DNA of 64,000 nucleotides. It comes from a virus. Below the pieces are notes generated by a model. The model ran no database searches, had not been told where the DNA came from, and saw only the letters and a program-made list of their open reading frames with translations. This document shows, one piece after another, positions 47,231 to 56,604 of this stretch. The translations under genes and the position numbers were made by a program. The first letter of the stretch is position 1. Every line of letters starts with the position of its first letter. The DNA is taken from the IMG/VR virus record IMGVR_UViG_3300020123_000219, positions 24,199-88,198 of that record. One strand, given 5' to 3'.

Positions 47231-47304
47231 TGCGCCCGGAGGGACTCGAACCCCCAATCGCCTGTTCCGTAGACAGGTGCCCTAGTCCATTGGGCCACAG
47301 GCGC
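47231..47304 (-). tRNA. tRNA-Arg(ACG)
   Basis: Loop CTACGGA. Confidence 0.9.
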
Positions 47305-47541
47305 ATGCGCTAATGACAAACCGTGCAAGCACAGCCGGGGCAATAGCCGTGGTCTCCCCTGGCACATGCATCACTAACCATCCGCCCTCCTATGAGAACC
47401 CGCACGCTGCTGATTCATGAGCTGAACAAGATCCGCAAGCCGTCCGGGGATCTCTCCCGGCACCACAACACGCACGGGAACGCACCTGACCGGGCCGGCG
47501 GTGCCTTCCGGGTGTCCAGGAGCCGTTCCTTCTCCGTCCCG

Positions 47542-47614
47542 TGGGCGACGCAGGGCTTGAACCTGCGGCCTCTGCCTTGTCGAGGCAGCGCTCTCCCATC
47601 TGAGCTAGACGCCC
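47542..47614 (-). tRNA. tRNA-Val(GAC)
   Basis: Loop TCGACAA (C33). Confidence 0.85.
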
Positions 47615-47820
47615 GTGCAGCGAACCGTTAGCCTGCCGCAAGCGGCACGGCAAGACCCAGTCTCACGGCACCGTGACCGGCTGCAAGAGGCCATGCCAGG
47701 GCCATTCCGGTTCGCTTGCGCTGGCCACGGGCAACCCGGGAGTACACATCCGGGCCGGGGCGGCTGACTTCCCCGAGCTGTAACCCTGCCAGCACTGCGC
47801 TCAGCCGAGACACAGCAGCG

Positions 47821-47895
47821 CGCTTCTGACCAGATTCGAACTGGCGGCCTCTACCTTGACAGGGTAGCGAGCACTCCTGACTGCTCCACAGAAGC
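47821..47895 (-). tRNA. tRNA-Asp(GTC)
   Basis: Loop CTGTCAA. Confidence 0.9.
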
Positions 47896-47945
47896 ATTGG
47901 TGGCAGTTTATAGACGTACCCAGGTCTAGCCCCTTACGGGAACCG

Positions 47946-48018
47946 CACCCCGCCCTGGACTCGAACCAGGAATCCTCCGGTTAACAGCCGTGCGCCTTGC
48001 CAATTAGGCCAACGGGGT
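47946..48018 (-). tRNA. tRNA-Asn(GTT)
   Basis: Loop CTGTTAA. Confidence 0.9.
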
Positions 48019-48068
48019 ATGTGGATGTGGCTGGTTCCCGGGATCTGGGAACCGGGAACCAGCCACCG

Positions 48069-48143
48069 TAGCGGGGGGCGGATTTGAACCGCCGTTATTC
48101 AGGGTTATGAGCCCTGTGCCATACCGAGCTAGGCGACCCCGCG
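48069..48143 (-). tRNA. initiator tRNA-fMet(CAT)
   Basis: C1:T72 mismatch; GGG/CCC anticodon stem. Confidence 0.85.
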
Positions 48144-48213
48144 TCGCGCCGGGTTCTGGTGACCCACGAACCAGCACTCAGCGTGCTGGCAGGTACCGGC
48201 ATCAGGTTCCTCG

Positions 48214-48284
48214 TAGCGGAGACGGGAATCGAACCCGCGTGATCCTGGGTTATGAGCCCGGATGGCACCAGCAGCCTCCCCGCA
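48214..48284 (-). tRNA. second initiator-type tRNA-Met(CAT), reduced D arm
   Basis: T1:T72 mismatch; GGG-CTCATAA-CCC. Confidence 0.75.
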
Positions 48285-48290
48285 CGACTA

Positions 48291-48319
48291 AATATACAGC
48301 CCGCGTGCCTATCTGTCAA
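48291..48319 (-). promoter_or_regulatory. sigma70-type promoter inside tRNA array
   Basis: TTGACA-N17-TATATT. Confidence 0.75.
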
Positions 48320-48700
48320 CCTTTTCGTCACACGTGTTCGTGGGGGATGCCGAGCAGGTCCAGCGCCTGCTCCAGCAGGTCCGCCGGGTGCATCTCGAAG
48401 TCCCCGTCCCCCGCGAGCGTATATACGGCGTCGCTGTCGATCAGCAGCGGCCCTCTGACCGTCCCGGCTGCCAATGCTTCCCGCAGTTCGCGGAGAGTCC
48501 TGTACTGGCTCACAGCCCGTACCTCGGGCATTCCAGGAAGTCAGCGACTGACACGTGGACCCAGCCGATCACTACCCCGTCGCGGCCTGGGTACGGGCGG
48601 AGCGGGAACCCGCACCCAGGGCACGGCTTCGTCTTCCGGGCAGGTTCGGCTGCCACGTCGTCCTGATACTTGATGGTCAATGGTTTCTTCCTTTCCTGAG

Positions 48701-48775
48701 CAGCGCAGACGGGACTTGAACCCGCAAGCTCCGGGGTGAAGGCCCGGCGGCTCTGACCGTTTCGCCTACTGCGCC
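48701..48775 (-). tRNA. tRNA-Glu(TTC), non-canonical
   Basis: CCGGG-CCTTCAC-CCCGG (C33). Confidence 0.75.
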
Positions 48776-48776
48776 C

Positions 48777-48853
48777 TGGCACCCCCAACCGGATTTGAAC
48801 CGGTGATCTCCTGACTGAGAATCAGGTGTCCTAGACCGCTAGACGATGGGGGC
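48777..48853 (-). tRNA. tRNA-Glu(CTC)
   Basis: Loop TTCTCAG; CCA encoded. Confidence 0.9.
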
Positions 48854-48861
48854 GTGAACCT

Positions 48862-49329
48862 TTACTTCAGCTTGTCGAGGTAGTCGAACAGCGCCTTGTT
48901 CTCCTCGCCGGCGATGGTGCGCACATCGTCGCAGCCGCTGTCACACTCGTATCTGATGCCCACGGGCGGATACGCGTCCAGGTCGGCGTGCCTGACTATC
49001 CGGGCTGGTTTCCGGCAGTCACGGCAGAACGACCCCGGTTCGCGGTCCCGGACCTTGATCCGGTCGGGCAGCATGCCGAGGAATTCCAGGGCCTGCGCGG
49101 TGTGCCGGTCGTACTCGGTGTCCAGGAACCTCGTCCCGAACTTCTCGCGGATGCCGATGAACCCGCCGCCTGATGGCTGGTCACTGTCATACACCCCGAA
49201 CGGCAGGTTCCTGGACCGCAGCCGGTACACGCCGCCCCTGGCCAGGGGCACCAGGCTGTCCTGCGGCTCCCCGACCCACGGCGGCCTGCCCGGGTCAGTC
49301 ATGTACTTCCGTACCGCCTCGTCGCTCAC
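48862..49329 (-). CDS. hypothetical protein
   Basis: GGGAAGGG RBS; YRLRSRNL..GVY...GFIGIREKFG..FLDTEY. Confidence 0.65.
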   Translation of the reverse strand: MSDEAVRKYMTDPGRPPWVGEPQDSLVPLARGGVYRLRSRNLPFGVYDSDQPSGGGFIGIREKFGTRFLDTEYDRHTAQALEFLGMLPDRIKVRDREPGSFCRDCRKPARIVRHADLDAYPPVGIRYECDSGCDDVRTIAGEENKALFDYLDKLK

Positions 49330-49440
49330 CGGGCAGTTCCCTTCCCTCTTGAAAGCTGAGGTGCCTTTTGTCGACCCGGGAAAGCACCGAACCCGGCTAA
49401 GGTACTGTCCCCGCTAAGGGACTTACTGCGCAGTACCCCG

Positions 49441-49513
49441 CGCGCCAGGAGGGAATTGAACCCCCGTGAAGTCACTTAGAAGGCGACCGCGTCATCCGCT
49501 ACGCTACTGGCGC
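49441..49513 (-). tRNA. tRNA-Arg(TCT)
   Basis: Loop CTTCTAA. Confidence 0.9.
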
Positions 49514-49602
49514 TAATGATGAAGAATAATGAGGATAACGAACCCGGCTATGATCATCAGCCCGAAAATCAGGCTCGCAGGATCATCACCGTCCATCCCT
49601 TG

Positions 49603-49674
49603 TCCTCCGCCCGGGACTCGAACCCGGATCTCTGGAATTAAAAGTTCCGCACACGGCCTTTGTGCTAACGGAGG
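49603..49674 (-). tRNA. tRNA-Lys(TTT)
   Basis: Loop CTTTTAA. Confidence 0.85.
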
Positions 49675-49727
49675 GAGCTAAGGACACCCATCCGTTTAAA
49701 TCTCCGTTCCATTCTGCCTCCTGCTTG

Positions 49728-49801
49728 TAGCGGCGCCCGGTATCGAACCGGGGACCTTCCGGTTATGGGCCGGACGCTCTCGCCACCTGAGCTACGCCGC
49801 C
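49728..49801 (-). tRNA. elongator tRNA-Met(CAT) (Ile2 not excluded)
   Basis: Loop CCCATAA (C33). Confidence 0.8.
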
Positions 49802-49903
49802 TCGCGCCTCAACCTGTCCCTGCAGTGCACCCGCAGCCCTGGCAGTCGCACTTGCATCCCGGCCTGCACTCACAGGTCCAGCCCGTGCTGACCGCACGAT
49901 ACG

Positions 49904-49977
49904 TGGGCGCGGATGGATTTGAACCATCGGCCTTCCGGTTATCAGCCGGATGCTCCACCAGACTGAGCTACGTGCCC
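49904..49977 (-). tRNA. tRNA-Ile(GAT)
   Basis: Loop CTGATAA. Confidence 0.9.
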
Positions 49978-49978
49978 G

Positions 49979-50066
49979 TGGCGGCGGGTGCGTGGTTCGA
50001 ACACGCGGGGCTGTCACACCCGGTTGCTTTCAAGGCAACTGCATTAGGCCGCTCTGCCAACCCGCC
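49979..50066 (-). tRNA. tRNA-Ser(TGA)
   Basis: Long variable arm; CCA encoded. Confidence 0.9.
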
Positions 50067-51138
50067 TCAGACCTTCACGTACCGCATCTCCCCGTCGGTG
50101 AAGCGGCGCGACACCAGGCCCCGGGCCTTCAGAGCCGCCAGCGACGCCGCCACCCGCTCCGGGTCCAGCCTCACCGCCGACGCTAGCTCATCCTCGGTCA
50201 TCGGCTTCACCGCCAGCGCCGTCAGGATCAGCTGCCCGTTCCCCGACACCTTCGCCGTCATCATCGGCCGCCTTCCCGTTCTCGCTGAACCAGACCACCG
50301 CCGCAGCAAGACCATCCTCGACCAGGTCACACTCGACGTAGCAGCCCCGGCCCTTCAGGTCACCGCACGTGACCTCGGCCTTCACCGCCGACCACTGGTC
50401 GGTATACAAGCCGGTGATCTCCGCTGAATGCTCCCACCACAGCCACTGCACCACGCACGTCAGGAAAGTCGCGTCCGTGGCCGTCAGCGCGATCTCCCCG
50501 GGGTTAGCCATGATCTCCCGCGCCCGCGCCATCAACGCATCAGCAGCCGCACCGCCCTCCTCATCATGACGGCACTCCATCGGCAGGCGGAGAATCCCCT
50601 GCTGCTCAGCCATTCCCGTTCCCTTCACAACGCCCGAAATCCGGCAACACGCCCGCCGACGGCGGCCACCACCACTCCGGAAAAGGCAGCCCGCGCCACG
50701 ACGTAGCGGAAGCCACCTCACCCACAAGCTCACGAACACCCGCGTCCACGCGGCCCTCCGCACTGAACGCCCTGATCAGCATCCACTGCGTCAGGTAATC
50801 GCAGACACGGTCACCGAACTCGATCTCCTCAAGCTCCGTCTCCGCGCTCAGCCACCCCACCCAGACACCAGCAAGATGCTCAGCCATTCCCGTTTCCTTT
50901 CCACCGTTCCCGCACCAGCTCGCACCCCGAACAGCCACACGGCTCGCCCTCGCGCTCCACATGATTGAAGAACACCGGCAGCAGGTAACACGCGCACACA
51001 TCAGGGTCATGCCGGGCAACATCAACCCACACGCCACTCACCCACGAGAACCGCATCGCCAGCTCAGCCCGGTAACCCAGCTCAGTCAGCTCCGGCTCAT
51101 GCGCCTGCCACAACCCGGCCATCAATTCCCTTTCCCGC

Positions 51139-51226
51139 TGGCGGAAGCCGGAGTACTCGAAACCCAGCCCTTTCGGACCCTGCCGCTTTCGAGGCGGAGC
51201 CGGTGCGCCTGCCCGGTTCAGCTTCC
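51139..51226 (-). tRNA. tRNA-Ser(CGA), atypical D/T arms
   Basis: Loop CTCGAAA; long variable arm; CCA encoded. Confidence 0.8.
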
Positions 51227-51316
51227 ATGCGTTGGTGATATGACGCAGTCAGCGGCTTCACTTCCGCCGGGTCGCTGCTGAGTAGCTGACACGTTGCCCA
51301 GGGCTGCGTCATATCG

Positions 51317-51400
51317 CGGATGACGGAGTATTCGAAACTCACCCCTTGCGGAGCCATCTCGCTTCCAACGAGAGCCGAGCGCCTGCCCGGTTCATCATCC
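51317..51400 (-). tRNA. tRNA-Ser(GGA), atypical D/T arms
   Basis: Loop TTGGAAG; long variable arm. Confidence 0.8.
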
Positions 51401-51403
51401 AGA

Positions 51404-51820
51404 TTATTCCACGTGCGCCCAGATCTTACGCTGGCGTATCAGGCGTATGTTCTTTTCGTCAACGCCGACCATTCTGGCGATTTGCCGGTGCGGCAAATCT
51501 GAGACGCGGATCTCCCTGACCAGTTGCGCTGTGAGCTTCGCCGCCCCGTTCTGCTCTCCCCTGACTACCTCGGTCTTCGATTTAGCCTTGTGGCAGGTCT
51601 CGCACAGGGCGCGGCATTTAGCCAGCTCGGCCTCGCGGCGGGCTTTCGACCATGACCAGACCACGTGGTGGACCTTGGTGGCCGGGTCGACGTGATCTAG
51701 TTCCAGGTCGTCCCATGAGCCGCAGAGCGCGCAAGGGCCGTTCTCGGCGAACCACTCGGCACGGCGAGCGGCCATCCACTGCCGCTGGTACTCGCGTTTC
51801 TTCTCTCCCGTGTAGCCCAT
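51404..51820 (-). CDS. HNH endonuclease with C-terminal HTH
   Basis: CALCG...LELDHVDP...CRALCETCH; RGEQNGAAKLT. Confidence 0.85.
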   Translation of the reverse strand: MGYTGEKKREYQRQWMAARRAEWFAENGPCALCGSWDDLELDHVDPATKVHHVVWSWSKARREAELAKCRALCETCHKAKSKTEVVRGEQNGAAKLTAQLVREIRVSDLPHRQIARMVGVDEKNIRLIRQRKIWAHVE

Positions 51821-51847
51821 GCGGAGACGTTACCACTGAACTAGCGG

Positions 51848-51931
51848 CGGAGAGCGGGTTACTCGAAAACCACACCCGGAAGTGCGCACTCGTTAGCAGC
51901 GAGGCCCGGTACCCTGACCGGTTCACTCTCC
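51848..51931 (-). tRNA. tRNA-Ser(GCT), atypical D/T arms
   Basis: Loop CTGCTAA; long variable arm. Confidence 0.8.
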
Positions 51932-52466
51932 ATTACCGTGACCCGGGCCACGGGCATTCTTCCTGTGAGTGCCAGCCGGGCATCCGGTCGGCGACGTGCC
52001 GGTACCGGCAGTGCGCGGGTCCGGACCTGCAGATGAACCTGCAGGGCTGGACGCAGTCGGGGAGGGCGTTGACGGCGGCGACGATCAGGGCCGCGTACTC
52101 GGGTTTGTCGACGAGCCCTATGAGGGGGTCGCCGTCGTCAGGTTCGGGGCCGAGCTGCCGGTACAGCGTCCTCGGTATCTTCCGGCCCTGCCGCAGGCTC
52201 ATCGTGAGCCTCAGTTTCAGTGTCATCACGGTGCCCGTCGCACGCCCACAGGTGGGTAAATATATTGTATTTCAGCCAGCCTGAGTGCTGGCCGCCGAGC
52301 GGGCAGGCCGGGTCGTCGTCGCGGTCGTGGGAGCACAGGCGCGGTGCCCCGCTTTCGGTGGACCAGAACCGGTGCCGGGCGTCGGGGTAGGTGTAGCGGG
52401 CGCAGTTCCGGTTGCCGTCCGTCATCCACCTGACCATAACCTGTTCCTTTCCCTGTGCCATTACCG

Positions 52467-52539
52467 AAGCCCCTGCGGGAGTCGAACCCGCGTAAAACGG
52501 CTTTGCAGGCCGTTACCTCAGCCGCTCGGTCAAGGGGCC
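52467..52539 (-). tRNA. tRNA-Cys(GCA)
   Basis: Loop CTGCAAA; U73. Confidence 0.9.
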
Positions 52540-52636
52540 GAGCGCCCTGTTCGCCCCGCCATCACGCGGGTACTGGGGGGCTTTGGTCGCGACACCGTCT
52601 AGCCCCCGCCAGCCACAGGACATCAGCTGGCGTTCG

Positions 52637-52721
52637 TACGCGCGGAGAGAGTTGAACTCTCACGACCCTCCCAGGTCACCGGCACCTGAAGCCGGCGCGT
52701 CTGCCATTCCGCCACGCGCGC
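52637..52721 (-). tRNA. tRNA-Leu(CAG)
   Basis: Loop TTCAGGT; long variable arm. Confidence 0.9.
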
Positions 52722-52730
52722 ATGTTCGAG

Positions 52731-52802
52731 AGGGGCTGACGGATTTCGAGACCGCGACCTCGGCGTTGGCAACGCCGCGCTCTGCCGCTGAGCTACAACC
52801 CC
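52731..52802 (-). tRNA. tRNA-Gly(GCC), atypical T loop
   Basis: Loop TTGCCAA; T loop CTCGAAA. Confidence 0.8.
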
Positions 52803-52871
52803 GAGGGGAGGACACGCGGCCCCGGCGGGAACTCCCCGCACTGCGCAGCCAGCGTAGCCGCGTGTCCTTCG

Positions 52872-52942
52872 AGCAGGCGGCGAGGATCGAACTCGCGCGG
52901 CCACCTTGGGAAGGTGGCATGCTACCGCTACATCACGCCCGC
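52872..52942 (-). tRNA. tRNA-Gly(CCC)
   Basis: Loop TTCCCAA. Confidence 0.9.
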
Positions 52943-53098
52943 ATGATCCGGTTTTAGACGCCGGGACCGGTAACCCAGGCACTGCGCCGCGTTTTCTGGT
53001 AAGCGGGAACGCCTCTGTGCGCGGAACGCGAACCGCTGCGTGCAATGCCATGTTTAATAAGGGAGAACCATCTCGGCACGCAGAACCCTATCTCCCTG

Positions 53099-53171
53099 AG
53101 CCCCTACCCCGAATTGAACGGGGGACCTTTTCATTACCATTGAAATGTTCTGCCGACTGAACTATAGGGGC
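53099..53171 (-). tRNA. tRNA-Thr(GGT)
   Basis: Loop ATGGTAA. Confidence 0.9.
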
Positions 53172-53224
53172 GTGCTGGCCGGGCGGGCAAGCCCCCTAAC
53201 GGAATCCCGCCCGGCCGCGTTCTG

Positions 53225-53638
53225 CTACTCGTTGTCCTCGCTGTACTCGCCGTACTTCTTCGTGTACGACGCGGAGGCGTAGCTGTTGGACAGCTTGGCC
53301 CACTGCCGCTTCCACTCCCAGTCGTCATTGACGTACCGGGCAGCGTCAGCCTCGGCGAGTTCGATGATGTTGTTGCCCGCTTCCTTGTGCATCTTCAGCA
53401 TGCCGATGACACGGTCATAGTCGCGGGTGTGGTCGGTCGGCTCGGTCAGCGACACGTAAAGGCTCACGCCCCGCTTCCCGGCCCTGATCTTCTCGATCCG
53501 GTCGGCGAGCGCCTTCTCTGCGGCCTTCTTGTATCCGTCGAGCGCGTCCTCGAACACGGCCCGGTGCTTGTCACGGTTCTCGGTGACCTTAGCCATCAGG
53601 TCATCAACCTTCGCGTCAATGCTGAACGCCAATGCCAT
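53225..53638 (-). CDS. hypothetical helical protein
   Basis: GGAAAGG RBS; ENRDKH...PTDHTRDYDRVIGML...YVNDDWEW. Confidence 0.75.
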   Translation of the reverse strand: MALAFSIDAKVDDLMAKVTENRDKHRAVFEDALDGYKKAAEKALADRIEKIRAGKRGVSLYVSLTEPTDHTRDYDRVIGMLKMHKEAGNNIIELAEADAARYVNDDWEWKRQWAKLSNSYASASYTKKYGEYSEDNE

Positions 53639-53901
53639 TCCTTTCCTGTTCCAGTGCCGCTTCGAGCTGGTCATGGCGCACGAACGTGCGCTTCCGGCCC
53701 TTCCTCAGCCACAGCACCACCTGATTCGCCGCCGTCGCGGCCTGAGCAGCCTCCCGCACGCCCTTCAAAGGCGCGGGCTGCACCTGCTTCTTCTTCGTCC
53801 CGTTCCCCGCATGCCGCCGGGTATGGGACTTACCCGAGTGCACGTTGTGCTTGTCCCGCACCGGGATCTGCACCGGCCCGTCCATTACCTTATCCTTTCC
53901 G

Positions 53902-53973
53902 CTCGCGGAGGTGGATTCGAACCACCACAGCCGGCACCAAAGACCGGCGTCCTCGCCGTTAGACCATCCGCGA
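53902..53973 (-). tRNA. tRNA-Gln(TTG)
   Basis: T1-A72; loop CTTTGGT. Confidence 0.9.
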
Positions 53974-53977
53974 CCAG

Positions 53978-54049
53978 CGCCCCATGCCGGTGCCGACCCG
54001 GCTCCCTTCCGCTTACAGGGCGGTTGCGCTGCCGTTGCGCCAATGGGGC
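53978..54049 (-). tRNA. tRNA-Thr(TGT), non-canonical
   Basis: Loop CCTGTAA (C33); T loop GTCGGCA. Confidence 0.75.
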
Positions 54050-54055
54050 CTTAGG

Positions 54056-54139
54056 TGTGCGAGGAGGGACTCGAACCCTCATGACCTTGCGGTCACATGG
54101 ACCTCAACCATGCGCGTCTGCCAGTTCCGCCACAAGCAC
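54056..54139 (-). tRNA. tRNA-Leu(GAG)
   Basis: Loop TTGAGGT; long variable arm. Confidence 0.9.
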
Positions 54140-54144
54140 ATGAG

Positions 54145-54217
54145 AGCCCCTGGTCCGACTCGAACGGACTACCTGCGCTTTACGAGAGCGCCGCTCTGCC
54201 CGATGAGCTACAGAGGC
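54145..54217 (-). tRNA. tRNA-Thr(CGT)
   Basis: Loop CTCGTAA. Confidence 0.9.
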
Positions 54218-54222
54218 ATGGG

Positions 54223-54295
54223 CTGCCGGGGCAAGATTCGAACTTACATTTACATGAACCAGAATCATGCGTCTTGCCAATTAGACGACCCGGCA
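54223..54295 (-). tRNA. tRNA-Gln(CTG)
   Basis: Loop TTCTGGT. Confidence 0.9.
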
Positions 54296-54300
54296 TTGCG

Positions 54301-54384
54301 TGCGCGAGGCGAGAATCGAACTCGCAAGCCCGTCAGGGCACCCGTACTTGAGGCGGGCGCGTCTGCCTGTTCCGCCACTCGCGC
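54301..54384 (-). tRNA. tRNA-Leu(CAA)
   Basis: Loop CTCAAGT; long variable arm. Confidence 0.9.
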
Positions 54385-54520
54385 TGGAGCACCAACATCC
54401 CGTGCCGGATTACGGCGGAAGGGCCTTTCCGCTTTCATCCCGGGAAGGCGGGGGAAGGTAACCAACCATGAATCCCGCTTTGACCCTTCCCTCCCGAGGC
54501 CGCCGGGAAAGAACCGGGTA

Positions 54521-54597
54521 TGGTGCGCCGTGAGAGACTTGAACTCCCAACTCTTCCCTTAAGAGGGGAAAACTCTAGCCAATTGAGTTAACGGCGC
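54521..54597 (-). tRNA. tRNA-Lys(CTT)
   Basis: Loop CTCTTAA; CCA encoded. Confidence 0.9.
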
Positions 54598-55038
54598 TAG
54601 CACAAACTCGTCAATCTTGATCAGCTTGCTTTTATACTGCTTTCCCGCGAGCCTGCAACCCGGGCACTTGCATTTTTTGTACAGATACATTCGCGGTGTG
54701 CCGTGGGCGTATGAGTCATCAGGGATCTTATTGCTCCCGCCGCCGAATTCGCGGTTCTCGCTTGTTTTCTCAACGTGATGCCCGTGGCAGAGGAGCTGGC
54801 ATTTCCTTATCTCTGCCCAGAACCGTTCCTCCGAGGAGGTCCACATGCCTCCCTTGCCGCCTCGCATGCGACGGTCTGCCGTGGACGCATAGATATGATC
54901 GATTTCCAGGTTCTCGGCGGTTCCGCACCGCACGCACTTCCCGCCCAGGAAGGCGATTGCTTCTGCTCGGCGTTTCGCGTATTTCTGCCGCATGTACGCG
55001 GCCATGTACTCGTTGTACGAGGCGCGATCCCGGACCAC
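54559..55038 (-). CDS. HNH endonuclease
   Basis: LGGKCVRCG...LEIDH...KCQLLCHGHH; HGT...CKCPGC; stop codon lies inside tRNA-Lys. Confidence 0.85.
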   Translation of the reverse strand: MVRDRASYNEYMAAYMRQKYAKRRAEAIAFLGGKCVRCGTAENLEIDHIYASTADRRMRGGKGGMWTSSEERFWAEIRKCQLLCHGHHVEKTSENREFGGGSNKIPDDSYAHGTPRMYLYKKCKCPGCRLAGKQYKSKLIKIDEFVLAPLTQLARVFPS

Positions 55039-55063
55039 GAGTCTAAGATAGCACGCTCTTACG

Positions 55064-55135
55064 AGTCCCGTACCGGAATCGAACCGGTCTCCCGTGGGTG
55101 GAAGCCACGTGCACTAGCCGATGTGCTAACAGGAC
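55064..55135 (-). tRNA. tRNA-Gly(TCC)
   Basis: Loop CTTCCAC. Confidence 0.9.
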
Positions 55136-55324
55136 GTGAAAGTGCCCCTCCGCCCGTTGCCGGGCTGAGCGCTCCTGGCCCGGCTCGCTGGTGCGCGCGG
55201 GCGGAGGGGCGGGGAGGGAGCGCGGTGCGCGTTGGCCTGCAGTGCCCTCACCGCGCAGGTGATCAGCCCTTCCCGGCCTTAGCGGTTCAGCCCGCTGTAC
55301 CGGTTCAGCCTCCCCAGATCTGTG

Positions 55325-55624
55325 TTACTCGCCTGCGGCCTGCTTCAGGCTGACGTTGGCGCGCTCGTTGAGGAGCGCGCCGCCACGGAACTTGACGACG
55401 TGCTTCTCCGGGACCGCGACCTTGCCTCCCGTAGCGGGATTGTGGGTTTCCCGGGCCGCGCGGAACACCCGCTCGAACACCCCGAACCCGGCAAGGGATA
55501 CCTTCTCGCCGTCGGCGACAGCGCGGGAGATCCCGTCGAGGATGGTGCGGACCACCCGCTGGGCCTCGGACTTCGGCATGCCGTGCTCGCCTGCGACGTG
55601 CTCGGCTAGGTCTGTCATGTTCAT
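55325..55624 (-). CDS. hup: HU family DNA-binding protein
   Basis: MNMTDL...GEKVSLAGFGVF...RAARETHNPATG...VKFRGG.LL. Confidence 0.9.
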   Translation of the reverse strand: MNMTDLAEHVAGEHGMPKSEAQRVVRTILDGISRAVADGEKVSLAGFGVFERVFRAARETHNPATGGKVAVPEKHVVKFRGGALLNERANVSLKQAAGE

Positions 55625-55671
55625 GATAGGTTTTTCCTCTTCCTGGCCGGGCTACGTTGCTGCCCGTGCCG

Positions 55672-55745
55672 TGGCCGCTACCCGGATCGAACGGGTGCCC
55701 TTCCGCTTTTCAGGCGGACGCTCGTGCCGACTGAGCTAAACGGCC
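55672..55745 (-). tRNA. tRNA-Phe(GAA)
   Basis: Loop CTGAAAA. Confidence 0.9.
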
Positions 55746-55879
55746 TTGCCTGCCCTCATCTGCCCCGCGTGAACGCCGCGATCAGGACGATCACCGCGAT
55801 TCCCCAGACGACCCATTCCAGGGTCCCCCAGTTATCGGAGATCTTCCCCGGCCCGACCTTAACTGTGAGCGGGCCTATC

Positions 55880-56026
55880 CTATAGCAGCGCGGTTCTTTC
55901 TCCAAGCCTATGTTCCTTTCCCTCGCGGCTGGTGCCCCCGAGGCAGGTGCAGCCGTCGCACCAGCACCGGCACCGCAGCGAGCACCAGCAAAGCTTCGAG
56001 GGACCGCAGCACTTATCCCCGCTCAC
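55880..56026 (-). CDS. Cys-rich microprotein
   Basis: KCCGPSKLCWCSLRCRCWCDGCTC; coupled GTG start. Confidence 0.5.
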   Translation of the reverse strand: MSGDKCCGPSKLCWCSLRCRCWCDGCTCLGGTSREGKEHRLGERTALL

Positions 56027-56148
56027 GTTCCCTTCCCCGAAGCCGGGAGGCAGCCGGAGTGGTCGCCGCAGATCAGGCAGCCGCCGCAGGTGCTGCACGG
56101 GTGAAGGCTGCACGTGTGCGGCATGTCGCTGAGCGGGCCGTCTTCCAT
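56023..56148 (-). CDS. Cys-rich microprotein
   Basis: GGGAAAGGG RBS; CSTCGGCLICGDHSGC. Confidence 0.55.
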   Translation of the reverse strand: MEDGPLSDMPHTCSLHPCSTCGGCLICGDHSGCLPASGKGT

Positions 56149-56165
56149 GATGTTCCCTTTCCCTG

Positions 56166-56240
56166 TGGTCGGGAAGCGGAGACTCGAACTCCGTCTTCCT
56201 GCTCCCAAAGCAGGAGCGCTCACCCTTACGCTACATCCCG
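56166..56240 (-). tRNA. tRNA-Pro(TGG)
   Basis: Loop TTTGGGA; CCA encoded. Confidence 0.9.
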
Positions 56241-56284
56241 TTCATCCGGGAGGGCACGGTGAGACCTTCGGCCCGTGCCCTCGG

Positions 56285-56359
56285 TCGGAATGGGCGGATT
56301 CGAACCGCCGGCCTCCGCGTCCCGAACGCGGCGCGCTAACCAAGCTGCGCTACATTCCG
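56285..56359 (-). tRNA. tRNA-Pro(CGG)
   Basis: Loop TTCGGGA. Confidence 0.9.
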
Positions 56360-56370
56360 TCCCCTGCGGG

Positions 56371-56457
56371 TCATCTCCCGCAGCCGCTGTGGTCGCGCAC
56401 GCAGACCACGCACTGGTGGCACCACCTGCACTCGCACTGGGCGCATACGTGCGCCAT
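56371..56457 (-). CDS. 28-aa Cys-rich microprotein
   Basis: AGGAGG RBS; MAHVCAQCECRWCHQCVVCVRDHSGCGR. Confidence 0.55.
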   Translation of the reverse strand: MAHVCAQCECRWCHQCVVCVRDHSGCGR

Positions 56458-56491
56458 CGTGCCTCCTTCCGTCATGTGGCCGCGCTACTGC

Positions 56492-56584
56492 TCACCTGCT
56501 GCTGCATTCGCAGTTCCTGCACCTGCACTTGACGCCGCAGCTGCAGCCGACCATGTTCTCGCAGCAGGGGTCCTTGCCTTCCAC
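56492..56584 (-). CDS. 30-aa metallothionein-like microprotein
   Basis: AAAGGA RBS; MEGKDPCCENMVGCSCGVKCRCRNCECSSR. Confidence 0.55.
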   Translation of the reverse strand: MEGKDPCCENMVGCSCGVKCRCRNCECSSR

Positions 56585-56604
56585 ATCCTTTTCCTTTCCC
56601 TTAG

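Noticed and set aside
48701-48775. UGA suppressor or tRNA-Sec (TCA)
   Set aside because: The 5-7-5 register centres TTC in the loop and there is no long variable arm
49808-49900. Cys-rich frame CECRPGCKCDCQGCGC
   Set aside because: No start codon or RBS between it and tRNA-Ile; at most a relic
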